Shown one piece after another: positions 55,894 through 64,000 of a stretch of 64,000 bases of DNA. The stretch is from Poseidonia sp. GTDB taxonomy: Archaea > Thermoplasmatota > Poseidoniia > Poseidoniales > Poseidoniaceae. The stretch spans positions 18,027 to 82,026 of the forward strand of contig JAUREJ010000002.1 of assembly GCA_030827475.1 (NCBI GenBank), in the 5' to 3' direction. Position 1 is the stretch's first letter, and each line of letters starts with the position of its first letter. Under the pieces are notes generated by a model, which did not search any database, was not told the origin of the DNA, and saw nothing but the letters and a program-made list of their open reading frames with translations. Made by a program: the position numbers and the translations under genes.

Positions 55894-57977
55894 GCACGCC
55901 GACGAAACTGCGCTCGGTGCTCGACGACGCCAAGCGACACCTCGGTGATCATGGAGTTTCTCCTGCCCCTTCAGCGGGCGTATCGCCGCACCACAGCGAG
56001 GGAACGAACCATGAACCTGCTCGGTCGAAGTTGAACACCCTTCGTGGCGTCACATCGGTTGAACAGCGCCCTCTCTCGGTGTTTCAGCGCGTCGGGGTCC
56101 CTCAACGACCAACGTATGACCTCATCGCCGAACGTGTCCTCGGACCGAATGTCCCCCAACACCGGAATTTTCTCGAGGAGGGGTCAACCTATGCCGACCA
56201 CGTCGCTCAGCGTTTACGTCAATTGCAACAGCGACTCAATTCACAACCTGTTGACGAAAACGACCACGGGGTCCCATCCGCTTACATCGGGGTTGAAGAT
56301 GACGGGCGGCCCGTTTGGAGCCAAGTTTTGGAACAACAACGCGGTCGAGCATCGTACGCCCTGCATGGCCTCAGCGACACCGAGGATTCATCTCCATCGG
56401 CCCACGTCTCGGCCCTTAAGCGCGGTCCGATTCCCGATTTTCCTTCTCGCTTAGCGTGGTCCAACGAACGGACCTTCAAACGGTGGTTCGTCGCTGAAGA
56501 GAATTTCGATGCCACGCGCCTGTGCGAAGCGGTTGTGGATGCGCCCGGTCAACGATTCAACCCGCTTTTCCTTCAGGGCGATGCCTCGTCCGGAATCTCG
56601 CTCCTGCTCCATGCCACCGGTCAAGCACTGTTGCGTCGCAACGAAGGCCATGTTCTCGCTGTCTCGGCAGCCGACCTTCACGGTGTGGACCCGACGGGTG
56701 CACACTGGCAGGAAGCCTTGCCGGGAGCAACAGCGCTGATGGTTGATGACCTTCATCTGTTTGCAACCGAGGAACATTGGAAACATCAGATGGGCGTGCT
56801 GATTGACAGAGCATTGAATCTTGGAGTTCACGTGGTGGTGGGCTGTCGCTTACCCCTTGATGCCCTTCCTTCCTCCCGCTTGAAGGAGGTCTTGCTTCAA
56901 GCCACCGTTGCCTCCCTGTTGCCTCCTTCTGTTGGAACGATGATGGCGTACGCACGGTGGCGCTGTGCGCAAAAGAATCTGCTCCTTGCAGACCCTCATC
57001 TCGCCCAAATCGCAAGGGAGTACCCGGCCGGGTGGGCAGCTGTCGACGGTCGCCTCGAGCGGGTCGCCCTCGCTTTGGAAAACGGCGGTGTTCTGCTGGA
57101 GCAAGACGATTTGACAACCTTCCTCCAAGGAGGTCCATCAACGACCTCGAACGCTCTTGAAAGCAAGCGGATTGAAGACGTCGCCGCCTCTATGGTCGGT
57201 GAAGTGCTCGACAGCGTCTACTCAAGCGTTCAACCCGGCGGAATTGACCTGCGTGCGAACGTGGAGCCGTGGGAGGACGACGATTACCTTCCTCCTTCGT
57301 TTGATGAGGACCTCACTGCGGCGGCCCACACGGCGAGGTTTGAGCAAAATGTGCGCGAGACCATCGAACACATCACCCCCGGTCGACCATCGGTGCTGGA
57401 CGTTCACGAGCGAGAGAAGTATTTGATCTCCAACCGGGAACCCTTGAATTTCGAAGACGTCGAACGTGCGGTTGATGTGCTGATCGATCTCGATGAAGAG
57501 ATAGAGTCCCGTCTGGTGCGGACCGAGCAATCCGCCGCTGCGACATCCAACGAACTGAACCGTCTGGAAGACCAGATGGTGATGCTGGGACAACGGGCCT
57601 TGGAAGCGGACATCGATGAACTCATCACCATCGCAGATGAGTTGCGAAGCATCGAAGAACGTCTCGTTGAACTCGACCCTGAACGAGGACCTCTGCCGCC
57701 GTTTGAAGCCCTTGAACCGGCCAACGCCCGACGGAAGGTTGGCCGACGTCGCTCCCCCCTACGCAATCTTGACGCTGAGCTGGCCTCGGAAACGGAAGTT
57801 GGAACAGCATCCAACCCTGCCTCTTCGTTTGATTCCTACGAACCCGAAGGCGAATGGAACGTTGACGAGGTTGGTATTTCTGCGACCGACCTTCTCAACG
57901 AAGAGGATAAGCCTCGCTCCCCGGTACGTCTCTCCAGAATCACTCCACGAACCGTCTTGGTTGGTGAAGAGGAATGA
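55890..57977 (+). CDS. DnaA/Hda-like AAA+ domain protein with degenerate Walker A, acidic coiled-coil C-terminus, no DnaA domain IV
   Basis: TF..W.V...N, FNPLFLQGDASSGISLLLHA.G, LMVDDLH, then LLPP, following the bacterial DnaA domain III order. TTG start overlaps the upstream TGA; AAGGTGA SD. Confidence 0.75.
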   Translation: MSTPTKLRSVLDDAKRHLGDHGVSPAPSAGVSPHHSEGTNHEPARSKLNTLRGVTSVEQRPLSVFQRVGVPQRPTYDLIAERVLGPNVPQHRNFLEEGSTYADHVAQRLRQLQQRLNSQPVDENDHGVPSAYIGVEDDGRPVWSQVLEQQRGRASYALHGLSDTEDSSPSAHVSALKRGPIPDFPSRLAWSNERTFKRWFVAEENFDATRLCEAVVDAPGQRFNPLFLQGDASSGISLLLHATGQALLRRNEGHVLAVSAADLHGVDPTGAHWQEALPGATALMVDDLHLFATEEHWKHQMGVLIDRALNLGVHVVVGCRLPLDALPSSRLKEVLLQATVASLLPPSVGTMMAYARWRCAQKNLLLADPHLAQIAREYPAGWAAVDGRLERVALALENGGVLLEQDDLTTFLQGGPSTTSNALESKRIEDVAASMVGEVLDSVYSSVQPGGIDLRANVEPWEDDDYLPPSFDEDLTAAAHTARFEQNVRETIEHITPGRPSVLDVHEREKYLISNREPLNFEDVERAVDVLIDLDEEIESRLVRTEQSAAATSNELNRLEDQMVMLGQRALEADIDELITIADELRSIEERLVELDPERGPLPPFEALEPANARRKVGRRRSPLRNLDAELASETEVGTASNPASSFDSYEPEGEWNVDEVGISATDLLNEEDKPRSPVRLSRITPRTVLVGEEE

Positions 57978-58438
57978 GGGCACCGTGGTGGATGGAGGGC
58001 GTTGCTTTCCAATGCCAGCCAAATTGTGGACGATGCTGCGACCAACCAGGCGGTATCGTTTACCTCTCACCCGATGATGCTGAGCGACTCGCCGAGCATG
58101 CCGGCCTAGACGTTGGTTCGTGGTTGGAACGTGACACTCGGAAAACCTTTGACGGCCGTTACGTGCTCAAAAGTCGCGAGGAGGATGGGGTTTGCATTCA
58201 TTTGAACGAACACAAGCAATGCTCAATCTACGACGTTCGACCCCAACAATGCAAGGCCTTCCCGTGGTGGGGGGAGAACCTCGTAACACCCGCGGCATGG
58301 GACAAAACCAAGGCCGCATGTCCGGGGATCGATGCTGAAAACGCCATCGTGGTGGACGGGCAAACCATCCGTCTCCATGTGTTCGCCGACCGAACCTCAA
58401 CCAAAGGCTTCAGAACGTGGCCGGTTGAAAAAAGATGA
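57974..58438 (+). CDS. YkgJ-family (CxxCxxCC) cysteine-cluster protein
   Basis: CQPNCGRCC, CIHL, CSIY..RP.QC..FPWW, CPG; ATGA overlap with the upstream gene. Confidence 0.9.
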   Translation: MRAPWWMEGVAFQCQPNCGRCCDQPGGIVYLSPDDAERLAEHAGLDVGSWLERDTRKTFDGRYVLKSREEDGVCIHLNEHKQCSIYDVRPQQCKAFPWWGENLVTPAAWDKTKAACPGIDAENAIVVDGQTIRLHVFADRTSTKGFRTWPVEKR

Positions 58439-58508
58439 TTCAACCGATAGCCTGCGGCGGTGTTGTTAGGCACACCGTTTGAACCGGGCGATTTTTGCAT
58501 GAGCCGCC

Positions 58509-58516
58509 TTTATACG
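58509..58516 (+). promoter_or_regulatory. TATA-box-like element upstream of citrate synthase
   Basis: TTTATACG about 35-40 nt upstream of the ATG at 58551, consistent with archaeal promoter spacing. Confidence 0.5.
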
Positions 58517-58550
58517 AAACATGGCTGTCGGCCCTTTTGGAGGGCGAGGG

Positions 58551-59717
58551 ATGACTGGAGATGAACCGATGTTCACCGTCAACCGCTCCCATCTCAACAC
58601 TGGACTTCGGGGGATTCCCGTCGGCACCTGCCGCACATCGTTTGTGACGCCCACCGAGGGTGTTCACTACTGCGGGTACCCCATCGCGGAACTCGCCCAT
58701 TTCTCCCCGGAAGACATCGTCTACCTGCTGTTCAACAAGGAACTCCCAACCCCTGCGCAAGCTGAGGCCTTTCGTACCGATTTGGGGTCTCGGGGCGCCG
58801 TTCCAAACAGCGTCGCCGCCGTCTTCCACACCCTTCCTCGAGACGGTCACCCCATGGACTGGCTGAGCATCGGCATTCACACCCTCGGAATGCTGGACAC
58901 CACGGGGGATTGGCGGGAGGACGCTCTCAACCTCATCGCTCGTATGCCTCGGATGATGGCGCTTCTCTTCCGCATTCGTGAAGGTCGGGGCGAGAACATC
59001 CCAGAAGACGATCTTTCGGCTTCTATGGTTCAGCGGTTCGTACACACCCTCGACCTTGACGGGGTCGACCGAGACTTGATGGAACGCATTCTTGCCACTT
59101 ATCTCGTCCTTCACATGGACCACGGCGGCGGAAACCTCTCCACCTTTACTGGGAAAGCCGTCGCTTCCGGCCACGCCACGGTTTACGCCTCCATCGCAGG
59201 AGCGATGAACGCTCTTTCCGGCCCACTTCACGGACGAGCGAACCAATCTTGCCTTGAGTTTGTCCTCCGCATCGGAACGAGCGATCCCGACGAAGTGGAA
59301 GCCTTCGTTCGCGGTGAACTCGCTGCGAAACGCCCGGTGTTTGGTTTCGGCCATGCTGTTCTTCGAGCGGAGGACCCGAGGGCAACCGTTCAATTTGCCC
59401 TTGGGGAGGAACTTTGCCCGGACGATGAGAATTTCAAAATCATTCGCACGCTTCGCGAAGTCGCGCCGCGGGTGCTGTCCGAGAATCCAAAAATCTCGAA
59501 TCCAAACGCCAACGTTGACATCGCAAGCGGGGCGCTGCTCCACCACATCGGTTTCACCGACCCCACCTACTACACGACCTTCTTTGGTTGGGCTCGCGTC
59601 GCCGGCATCGGTGCACAAATCCTTGACGAACGCACCGTCATGCGAGGTGGAAAAGGTACGCCCATTTACCGGCCAAAATACATCGCCGAAGAACAGTCTC
59701 TGCGTCACCTTGAGTGA
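58551..59717 (+). CDS. gltA: Citrate synthase (or 2-methylcitrate synthase)
   Basis: GLRG, LHMDHGGGN.STF, ALSGPLHGRANQ, GFGHAVLR.EDPR, NVD, R..G. Confidence 0.9.
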   Translation: MTGDEPMFTVNRSHLNTGLRGIPVGTCRTSFVTPTEGVHYCGYPIAELAHFSPEDIVYLLFNKELPTPAQAEAFRTDLGSRGAVPNSVAAVFHTLPRDGHPMDWLSIGIHTLGMLDTTGDWREDALNLIARMPRMMALLFRIREGRGENIPEDDLSASMVQRFVHTLDLDGVDRDLMERILATYLVLHMDHGGGNLSTFTGKAVASGHATVYASIAGAMNALSGPLHGRANQSCLEFVLRIGTSDPDEVEAFVRGELAAKRPVFGFGHAVLRAEDPRATVQFALGEELCPDDENFKIIRTLREVAPRVLSENPKISNPNANVDIASGALLHHIGFTDPTYYTTFFGWARVAGIGAQILDERTVMRGGKGTPIYRPKYIAEEQSLRHLE

Positions 59718-60880
59718 GGGTGCAGGACCGGCCGTGATGTCTTGCCGCTTCCACGGTGACCGATGAGTCGGGGTGCAGACCACGGCGGTGTTGTTCCGTT
59801 GGCGGAAGCCAAAACCGATTCAAGGCTGCCCGACCATGACCAAGCCGACCTCCATTCTTCCACAAGTTGCCTTCGGCGCGCCACGTCGGCCTCGGCCCAC
59901 GTCGGGGTCTCGTTTTGCAGCTCTGCAAGAATGGTTTGATGGTCGTCATGTTCGGCCGATGCAAGCCGGTTCCATTGCTCATCGTCCAGGGGACGTGTTC
60001 CCGGTTGGTTCCATCTCGGATGTCCTGAGGGAAGCCATGTCAACGTTGGATCTGCATGGTCCGTCAATCCCGTCAATCCCGCTCGAAGCAGGTCGTGTTC
60101 AATCTGAGGTCGTGTCGGCCAAACATAGGTCGCCATGCCGTTGCGGTGACGGTCCAAACGTTGCCTTCCACCATCCCGGAGGCCAACCGCCCGTCCGAGC
60201 GATAGATGGCGGGTCCGTGAATGGAAATATTCCACGGCACACGGGAGCATTGAACTCCCCTGTTGTTCATGACGTCGAACGAGTCGCCGAAACGGCGTGG
60301 TCAGGTATTGCGGGAAGGCTTGCAACCGCTGTGTCGTGCGATTCCCGTAGGGCGGGATGTACGGTATCAACGCCGCCCACGGGCGTGAGGTTCCGGCCAG
60401 TGCAGCGGATTCGGGCATGCCTTTGTGAAAAGCATAGAACACCGTGTTTTCAACGGGTATGGCCCGTTGTTCCAACGCGTCTTCAGCGAGTCGCATGGCC
60501 AGAGCGATGTGTTCGTTGTGGCGTTGACGGCCAAAATAGCCTCCTCCTGGGGTGGCTTTGGGATGGGGTCGCTTGATTTCGATGCACCCCATCTTCCCCT
60601 TTTCCACCCATTGGCGTTGAACTTCAGCATCGTCAAGCAGGTCGTCGAAGGCAAGGAAGCCGAGGCCAACGAGGTCATCCAACGTCCATTCCTCCACCCA
60701 AGGCGATTTGTCGCTCAAATGAACCTTGGGAACCGAAACATCTCGATCGTGGTGGACGACGAGTTGGCGGTCCGCCGTCACCCGGATGTCAAACTCGATG
60801 CCGTCGAAGTGGACGATTCCATGCCGGAGGCTATTAAGCGTGTTTTCGGGGGCCTGGACCCACGCTTCAACCTCCTCCAT
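59705..60880 (-). CDS. Glycerophosphodiester phosphodiesterase (GDPD), circularly permuted
   Basis: N-terminus APENTL...DGIEFD.R.T.D..LVVHHD, IEIK, G..TD; the beta1 motif LIGHRG lies at the extreme C-terminus. Confidence 0.85.
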   Translation of the reverse strand: MEEVEAWVQAPENTLNSLRHGIVHFDGIEFDIRVTADRQLVVHHDRDVSVPKVHLSDKSPWVEEWTLDDLVGLGFLAFDDLLDDAEVQRQWVEKGKMGCIEIKRPHPKATPGGGYFGRQRHNEHIALAMRLAEDALEQRAIPVENTVFYAFHKGMPESAALAGTSRPWAALIPYIPPYGNRTTQRLQAFPQYLTTPFRRLVRRHEQQGSSMLPCAVEYFHSRTRHLSLGRAVGLRDGGRQRLDRHRNGMATYVWPTRPQIEHDLLRAGLTGLTDHADPTLTWLPSGHPRWNQPGTRPLDDEQWNRLASAEHDDHQTILAELQNETPTWAEADVARRRQLVEEWRSAWSWSGSLESVLASANGTTPPWSAPRLIGHRGSGKTSRPVLHPHSR

Positions 60881-60998
60881 GCGTTTGCATCCCGGCCTGC
60901 TTTCTCAAGGTTTGCTAGCGGCCGAGGGTGACGGAATCGGCCCGTGGCCAAACGCTCTTGCCCGAACGCATAAAACCGACATGTCCCGCCTCATCGCC

Positions 60999-62453
60999 AT
61001 GGACCCCTATGAAATCATGATGGGGATGATTTTGGTCCTCACGCCGGTTATTTGCTGGTATTTCACCCGCCATCAACCCGGCGAACGCATTCCATGGCGG
61101 GCTTGGGCGCAGGAATTTCATGACAAGCGCTACTACCTCCATGCCATGGGTTACATCGTTATTATTCGGTGGAAATCCATCACCGACAAACTGAACGAGC
61201 CCATGAAAACACGTACGGGACATTGGACCTCGTGGGTGTATGGCCTTGAAGGAGAATTCACGAAATGGGTTCAAGATGCCTTCGCCAATGACACCCTAAC
61301 GGAGTTCCTGAATTTTCATTACCTCTTTGTCTATCTTTTCCTGATCTATGTCACCACGGTCTATTTTGCGTTCACGGGCGACCGGGACATGACCGACAAA
61401 GTCACGTTGAACTATTTGCTCATTTATGCGCTCGCCGTCCCCTATTACCTGTTTTTCAACGTCGAGGTGACGTCTTCGTGGATTCCAGGCATGGACGCCT
61501 TGCTCTACCAAGAGGGCTGGTACACCGTCTTCTACGCCCTGCATGACCCGTTGGACAACGCCGTTCCGAGTTTGCACGTGGCCATCCCCTTCGGGATTCT
61601 TATGCTCAATTACCTCCATGTCAAAGAATCCGGGGAAACCCTGCGCACCTGGCGTCATTGGCCCTACCATCTCTTCGTTTTGCTCAATACGGCGTTGTTC
61701 ATGTTCACCATTCTCTATCTTGGAATTCACTGGGTCGTTGATATCCCCCTCGGCATCCTCATCGGTGCCATCGGAGCCTTGTTCATTCACCATCTTCAAC
61801 CGCGCCTTCGAAACGACTACGGTTCCTTCATCAAGGGATTCACGAAGGAAAAGATTCGTCGCCACATCTTTGTCGAAGGTGTGGTCATGTTGCTGTTGTT
61901 GACCACGATGCTGATGGCGGTCAACTATCAAGAGGAAACCGTTGACGACCGTGTTTCGTTCCGGCTCGGTTCTGGAGACAGCACGTTTGAAATCATCCAA
62001 AAGTTCGAGCCTGGTGACTTCGTCGTTTCAAACATCACCAATTTGAACGAGGGCGGGTTGCTTGAGGTCGTCGTCGTGATGGTTGAAACCAGCGTGCCTG
62101 CCATGGAAACCGGGAGCATCGATTGGGAGGTGATGCGGTCGTTGGGAGAACACCATACCGTCGCACCCCAAACCACCTTGAGTTTGAACATCACCTCGCC
62201 GAAAATCTACCACTTCATCGTGATGCACTACGAGGCGAACGAAGACCAAGACTCGGTGATGGAGGTCCGAATCATGAACGATTATGGCGATGATCGGATG
62301 TGGCAGGCGATGTTGCTGAGCCTTCCTTCCCTATGGATGACCGGCTTTGTTGTGTATCGCCTCTATCGCTTGAAGAAAGAAGGGCGAAGTTTCATTGATT
62401 CTACGCCTTCATATGTGTGGGCATCTCCCCCTTCCTTGGGAGAAGAGGCGTAA
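60999..62453 (+). CDS. PAP2 superfamily membrane enzyme (PAP2_3 / Aur1-IPC-synthase-like) with extra C-terminal domain
   Basis: NAVPSLH (C2) and YLGIHWVVD (C3) motifs; multi-TM; soluble beta domain flanked by TMs. Start could be 60981. Confidence 0.8.
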   Translation: MDPYEIMMGMILVLTPVICWYFTRHQPGERIPWRAWAQEFHDKRYYLHAMGYIVIIRWKSITDKLNEPMKTRTGHWTSWVYGLEGEFTKWVQDAFANDTLTEFLNFHYLFVYLFLIYVTTVYFAFTGDRDMTDKVTLNYLLIYALAVPYYLFFNVEVTSSWIPGMDALLYQEGWYTVFYALHDPLDNAVPSLHVAIPFGILMLNYLHVKESGETLRTWRHWPYHLFVLLNTALFMFTILYLGIHWVVDIPLGILIGAIGALFIHHLQPRLRNDYGSFIKGFTKEKIRRHIFVEGVVMLLLLTTMLMAVNYQEETVDDRVSFRLGSGDSTFEIIQKFEPGDFVVSNITNLNEGGLLEVVVVMVETSVPAMETGSIDWEVMRSLGEHHTVAPQTTLSLNITSPKIYHFIVMHYEANEDQDSVMEVRIMNDYGDDRMWQAMLLSLPSLWMTGFVVYRLYRLKKEGRSFIDSTPSYVWASPPSLGEEA

Positions 62454-62457
62454 ACGT

Positions 62458-63255
62458 ATGACCTACGATGCCATTGAGGACACCGTACAACGGTTGACGG
62501 ATTCATCCGGTGGCCAAATTCTGCTTGCGCTAAAGGACGGTCTTCAACGCTCACTCCCCGTGTACCTCGGCTTCTTTGTGCTTGGGTTTGTGAGCGCTTT
62601 TCCTGCCTCAAGTCGCCTCATTGCGTGGTTGATCGATGCAGACCGCCTTCCCTCCGACGTTGACATCATCGTGGTTTCCCCGGTGGAGTTCCTGTTCCTG
62701 CAACTTCGAATTGCGGGTTCCTTTGGTCTGATGCTGGTGGTGATGTTCATGGTGACGCAGGTGGCGCGGCACGGCGCACGCCATCAGGCCATCCAAACTC
62801 GCCTTCAGGAACTGGATGTCCGGTTGCCTCGACCCGGGCCTACAGTCATCTTGGCCGTGGTGGCGGCAAGCACCTTGATGCTCATGGGACTGCTTTACGC
62901 TTGGTACGCCCTCATCCCGATGTTGCTTGACTACTTGACCAACGATGCCCAACAAGCGGGCCTCTCAACCGAATGGCGGCTTTCAAGCTACGCCGGATTC
63001 ATCGTCAATCTGCTCGCAGCCTCAGCCGTTGGATTTCAAGCGCCCCTTGTCACCACAGTGGTGCTTCGTTCGGGCCTTGTCAGCCGAGGACAACTCGCTC
63101 AATCTCGACGAGGGATTTGGTTTGGTGCCTTTGTTCTTGGTGCTTTGATGTCACCACCTGACCCGCTCTCCTTGTTTTTGGTGGCGGTCCCCGTCATCGT
63201 GCTGTTTGAAGCGGCGATGCTTGCTGACCGATTTACTCGGGCCGAAGGGGCTTGA
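62458..63255 (+). CDS. tatC: Twin-arginine translocase subunit TatC (divergent)
   Basis: SP.EF...LRIA, GFQ.PLV, R...W...FV.GA..SPPDP.S....VP...LFE. Confidence 0.8.
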   Translation: MTYDAIEDTVQRLTDSSGGQILLALKDGLQRSLPVYLGFFVLGFVSAFPASSRLIAWLIDADRLPSDVDIIVVSPVEFLFLQLRIAGSFGLMLVVMFMVTQVARHGARHQAIQTRLQELDVRLPRPGPTVILAVVAASTLMLMGLLYAWYALIPMLLDYLTNDAQQAGLSTEWRLSSYAGFIVNLLAASAVGFQAPLVTTVVLRSGLVSRGQLAQSRRGIWFGAFVLGALMSPPDPLSLFLVAVPVIVLFEAAMLADRFTRAEGA

Positions 63256-64000
63256 GAAGACGGTCGTTGGGCACCGGCATATGGCCCGGTCTCGGCTGAT
63301 AATCCAAGCCGTGGAAATCCGATCCGACGGTGACGCCCAACCCGCGTTCGTGTGCTCCTTCCATCAGAGCCTGGCGATAGGCATCGTCGTGACTTCGGTG
63401 GACCGCTTCCACGCTGTCCACCTGATGTTCAACAAGGGCGTCCAAGAGGACTTCGGTGGGAACGCCGTAGTACAACGGATGGGCAAGCGATGTCAAGCCT
63501 CCTGCGTCATGAACGGCCTGTACCGCTTCCGAAATGGTCGGCTTGATGTGGGCCACAAAGCCCGGCAAACCGTCGCCAATCCAAGTCTCAAAGGCTTCGG
63601 ATTTTGAGGAAACATATCCGAGGTGCACCATTTCTTCGGCGAGGTGGGGCCGCCCTACGGAACCGGTGGCCCGTTTCATGACGGCATCCACATCAACGGG
63701 CATGCCAAGTTCGGTGAGACGAGCACACATGGCTCGCATCCTCGGCCCTCTCCCGTCTTGCTTTGGAGCGAGCCACGCCTTGAACGCCTCCATGCGGACA
63801 TCATGCTGGGTGGGGTCGTGGTCGGGAAAGAGAGCCAACAGATGCCATGAGGAGGAAGCCCGTTCTCTCCCCTGTTTCGCCATGTGTGCGGCGTTGGGCA
63901 TCAGCGCTGGCTCGCAGGTGATTTCAACACCTGGAACAAAGCGGATGCCGTTTTTGAAAGCCTCCTTCTTGGCCTCCTTCCAGCCGTCGGTGGTGTCATG
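63233..64000 (-). CDS. PHP domain phosphoesterase (TrpH/YciV-like), 5' end beyond the window
   Basis: The frame stays open to 64000 (HDTTDG...PGVEIT); WHLLA, GRPH.A, LAHP, VEA.H, GSDFHG motifs. Confidence 0.9.
   Translation of the reverse strand, partial: HDTTDGWKEAKKEAFKNGIRFVPGVEITCEPALMPNAAHMAKQGRERASSSWHLLALFPDHDPTQHDVRMEAFKAWLAPKQDGRGPRMRAMCARLTELGMPVDVDAVMKRATGSVGRPHLAEEMVHLGYVSSKSEAFETWIGDGLPGFVAHIKPTISEAVQAVHDAGGLTSLAHPLYYGVPTEVLLDALVEHQVDSVEAVHRSHDDAYRQALMEGAHERGLGVTVGSDFHGLDYQPRPGHMPVPNDRLLKPLRPE

Noticed and set aside
55890-57977. True replication initiator dnaA or a nearby oriC
   Set aside because: The Walker A Lys and domain IV are absent, I saw no DnaA-box cluster or AT-rich origin-like gap, and the host is archaeal.
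58440-59783. 447-aa minus-strand ORF
   Set aside because: Antisense shadow of citrate synthase.
60860-60907. Frameshift restoring an N-terminal HRG to the GDPD (another frame reads MQTHGGG*)
   Set aside because: THGGG is a poor match to AHRG, while a good LIGHRG exists at the C-terminus. A frameshift cannot be fully excluded without reads.

Overview
Archaeal genomic DNA. Markers are rpl40e, TFB, membrane-anchored LonB, archaeal-type AspRS, TrmI, UPF0147, a FlaK-type peptidase, and GGTGA/GAGGTG-type ribosome-binding sites. The large surface proteins with RCC1, Ig and TSP3 repeats, plus the overall gene mix, point to Marine Group II Euryarchaeota (Ca. Poseidoniales); this is inference from recognition, not a search. 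The window is densely coding (about 45 CDS, one tRNA-Ala(UGC)), and I see no CRISPR array, integrase or transposase. The best candidate new system is a minus-strand aromatic-amine catabolic cluster at 6578-17444. It encodes 2-aminophenol 1,6-dioxygenase beta, an alpha subunit fused to a RidA-type 2-aminomuconate deaminase, an ALDH8A1-like 2-aminomuconate semialdehyde dehydrogenase and an atypical SDR. It also encodes an HGGxW alpha/beta hydrolase and a tightly packed luciferase-like monooxygenase + variant class-3 asparaginase + ALDH unit. I hypothesise an undescribed tryptophan route: kynurenine -> (Baeyer-Villiger oxidation) beta-aspartyl-2-aminophenol -> Asp + 2-aminophenol -> meta-cleavage. 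Other highlights are a three-gene operon with a Walker-A-dead bacterial DnaA-like AAA+ protein, a circularly permuted GDPD, an APC transporter fused to an EF-hand pair, and a metal-site-dead MBL-fold protein. All family assignments come from motif recognition by eye, and several start codons are adjusted relative to the ORF track.
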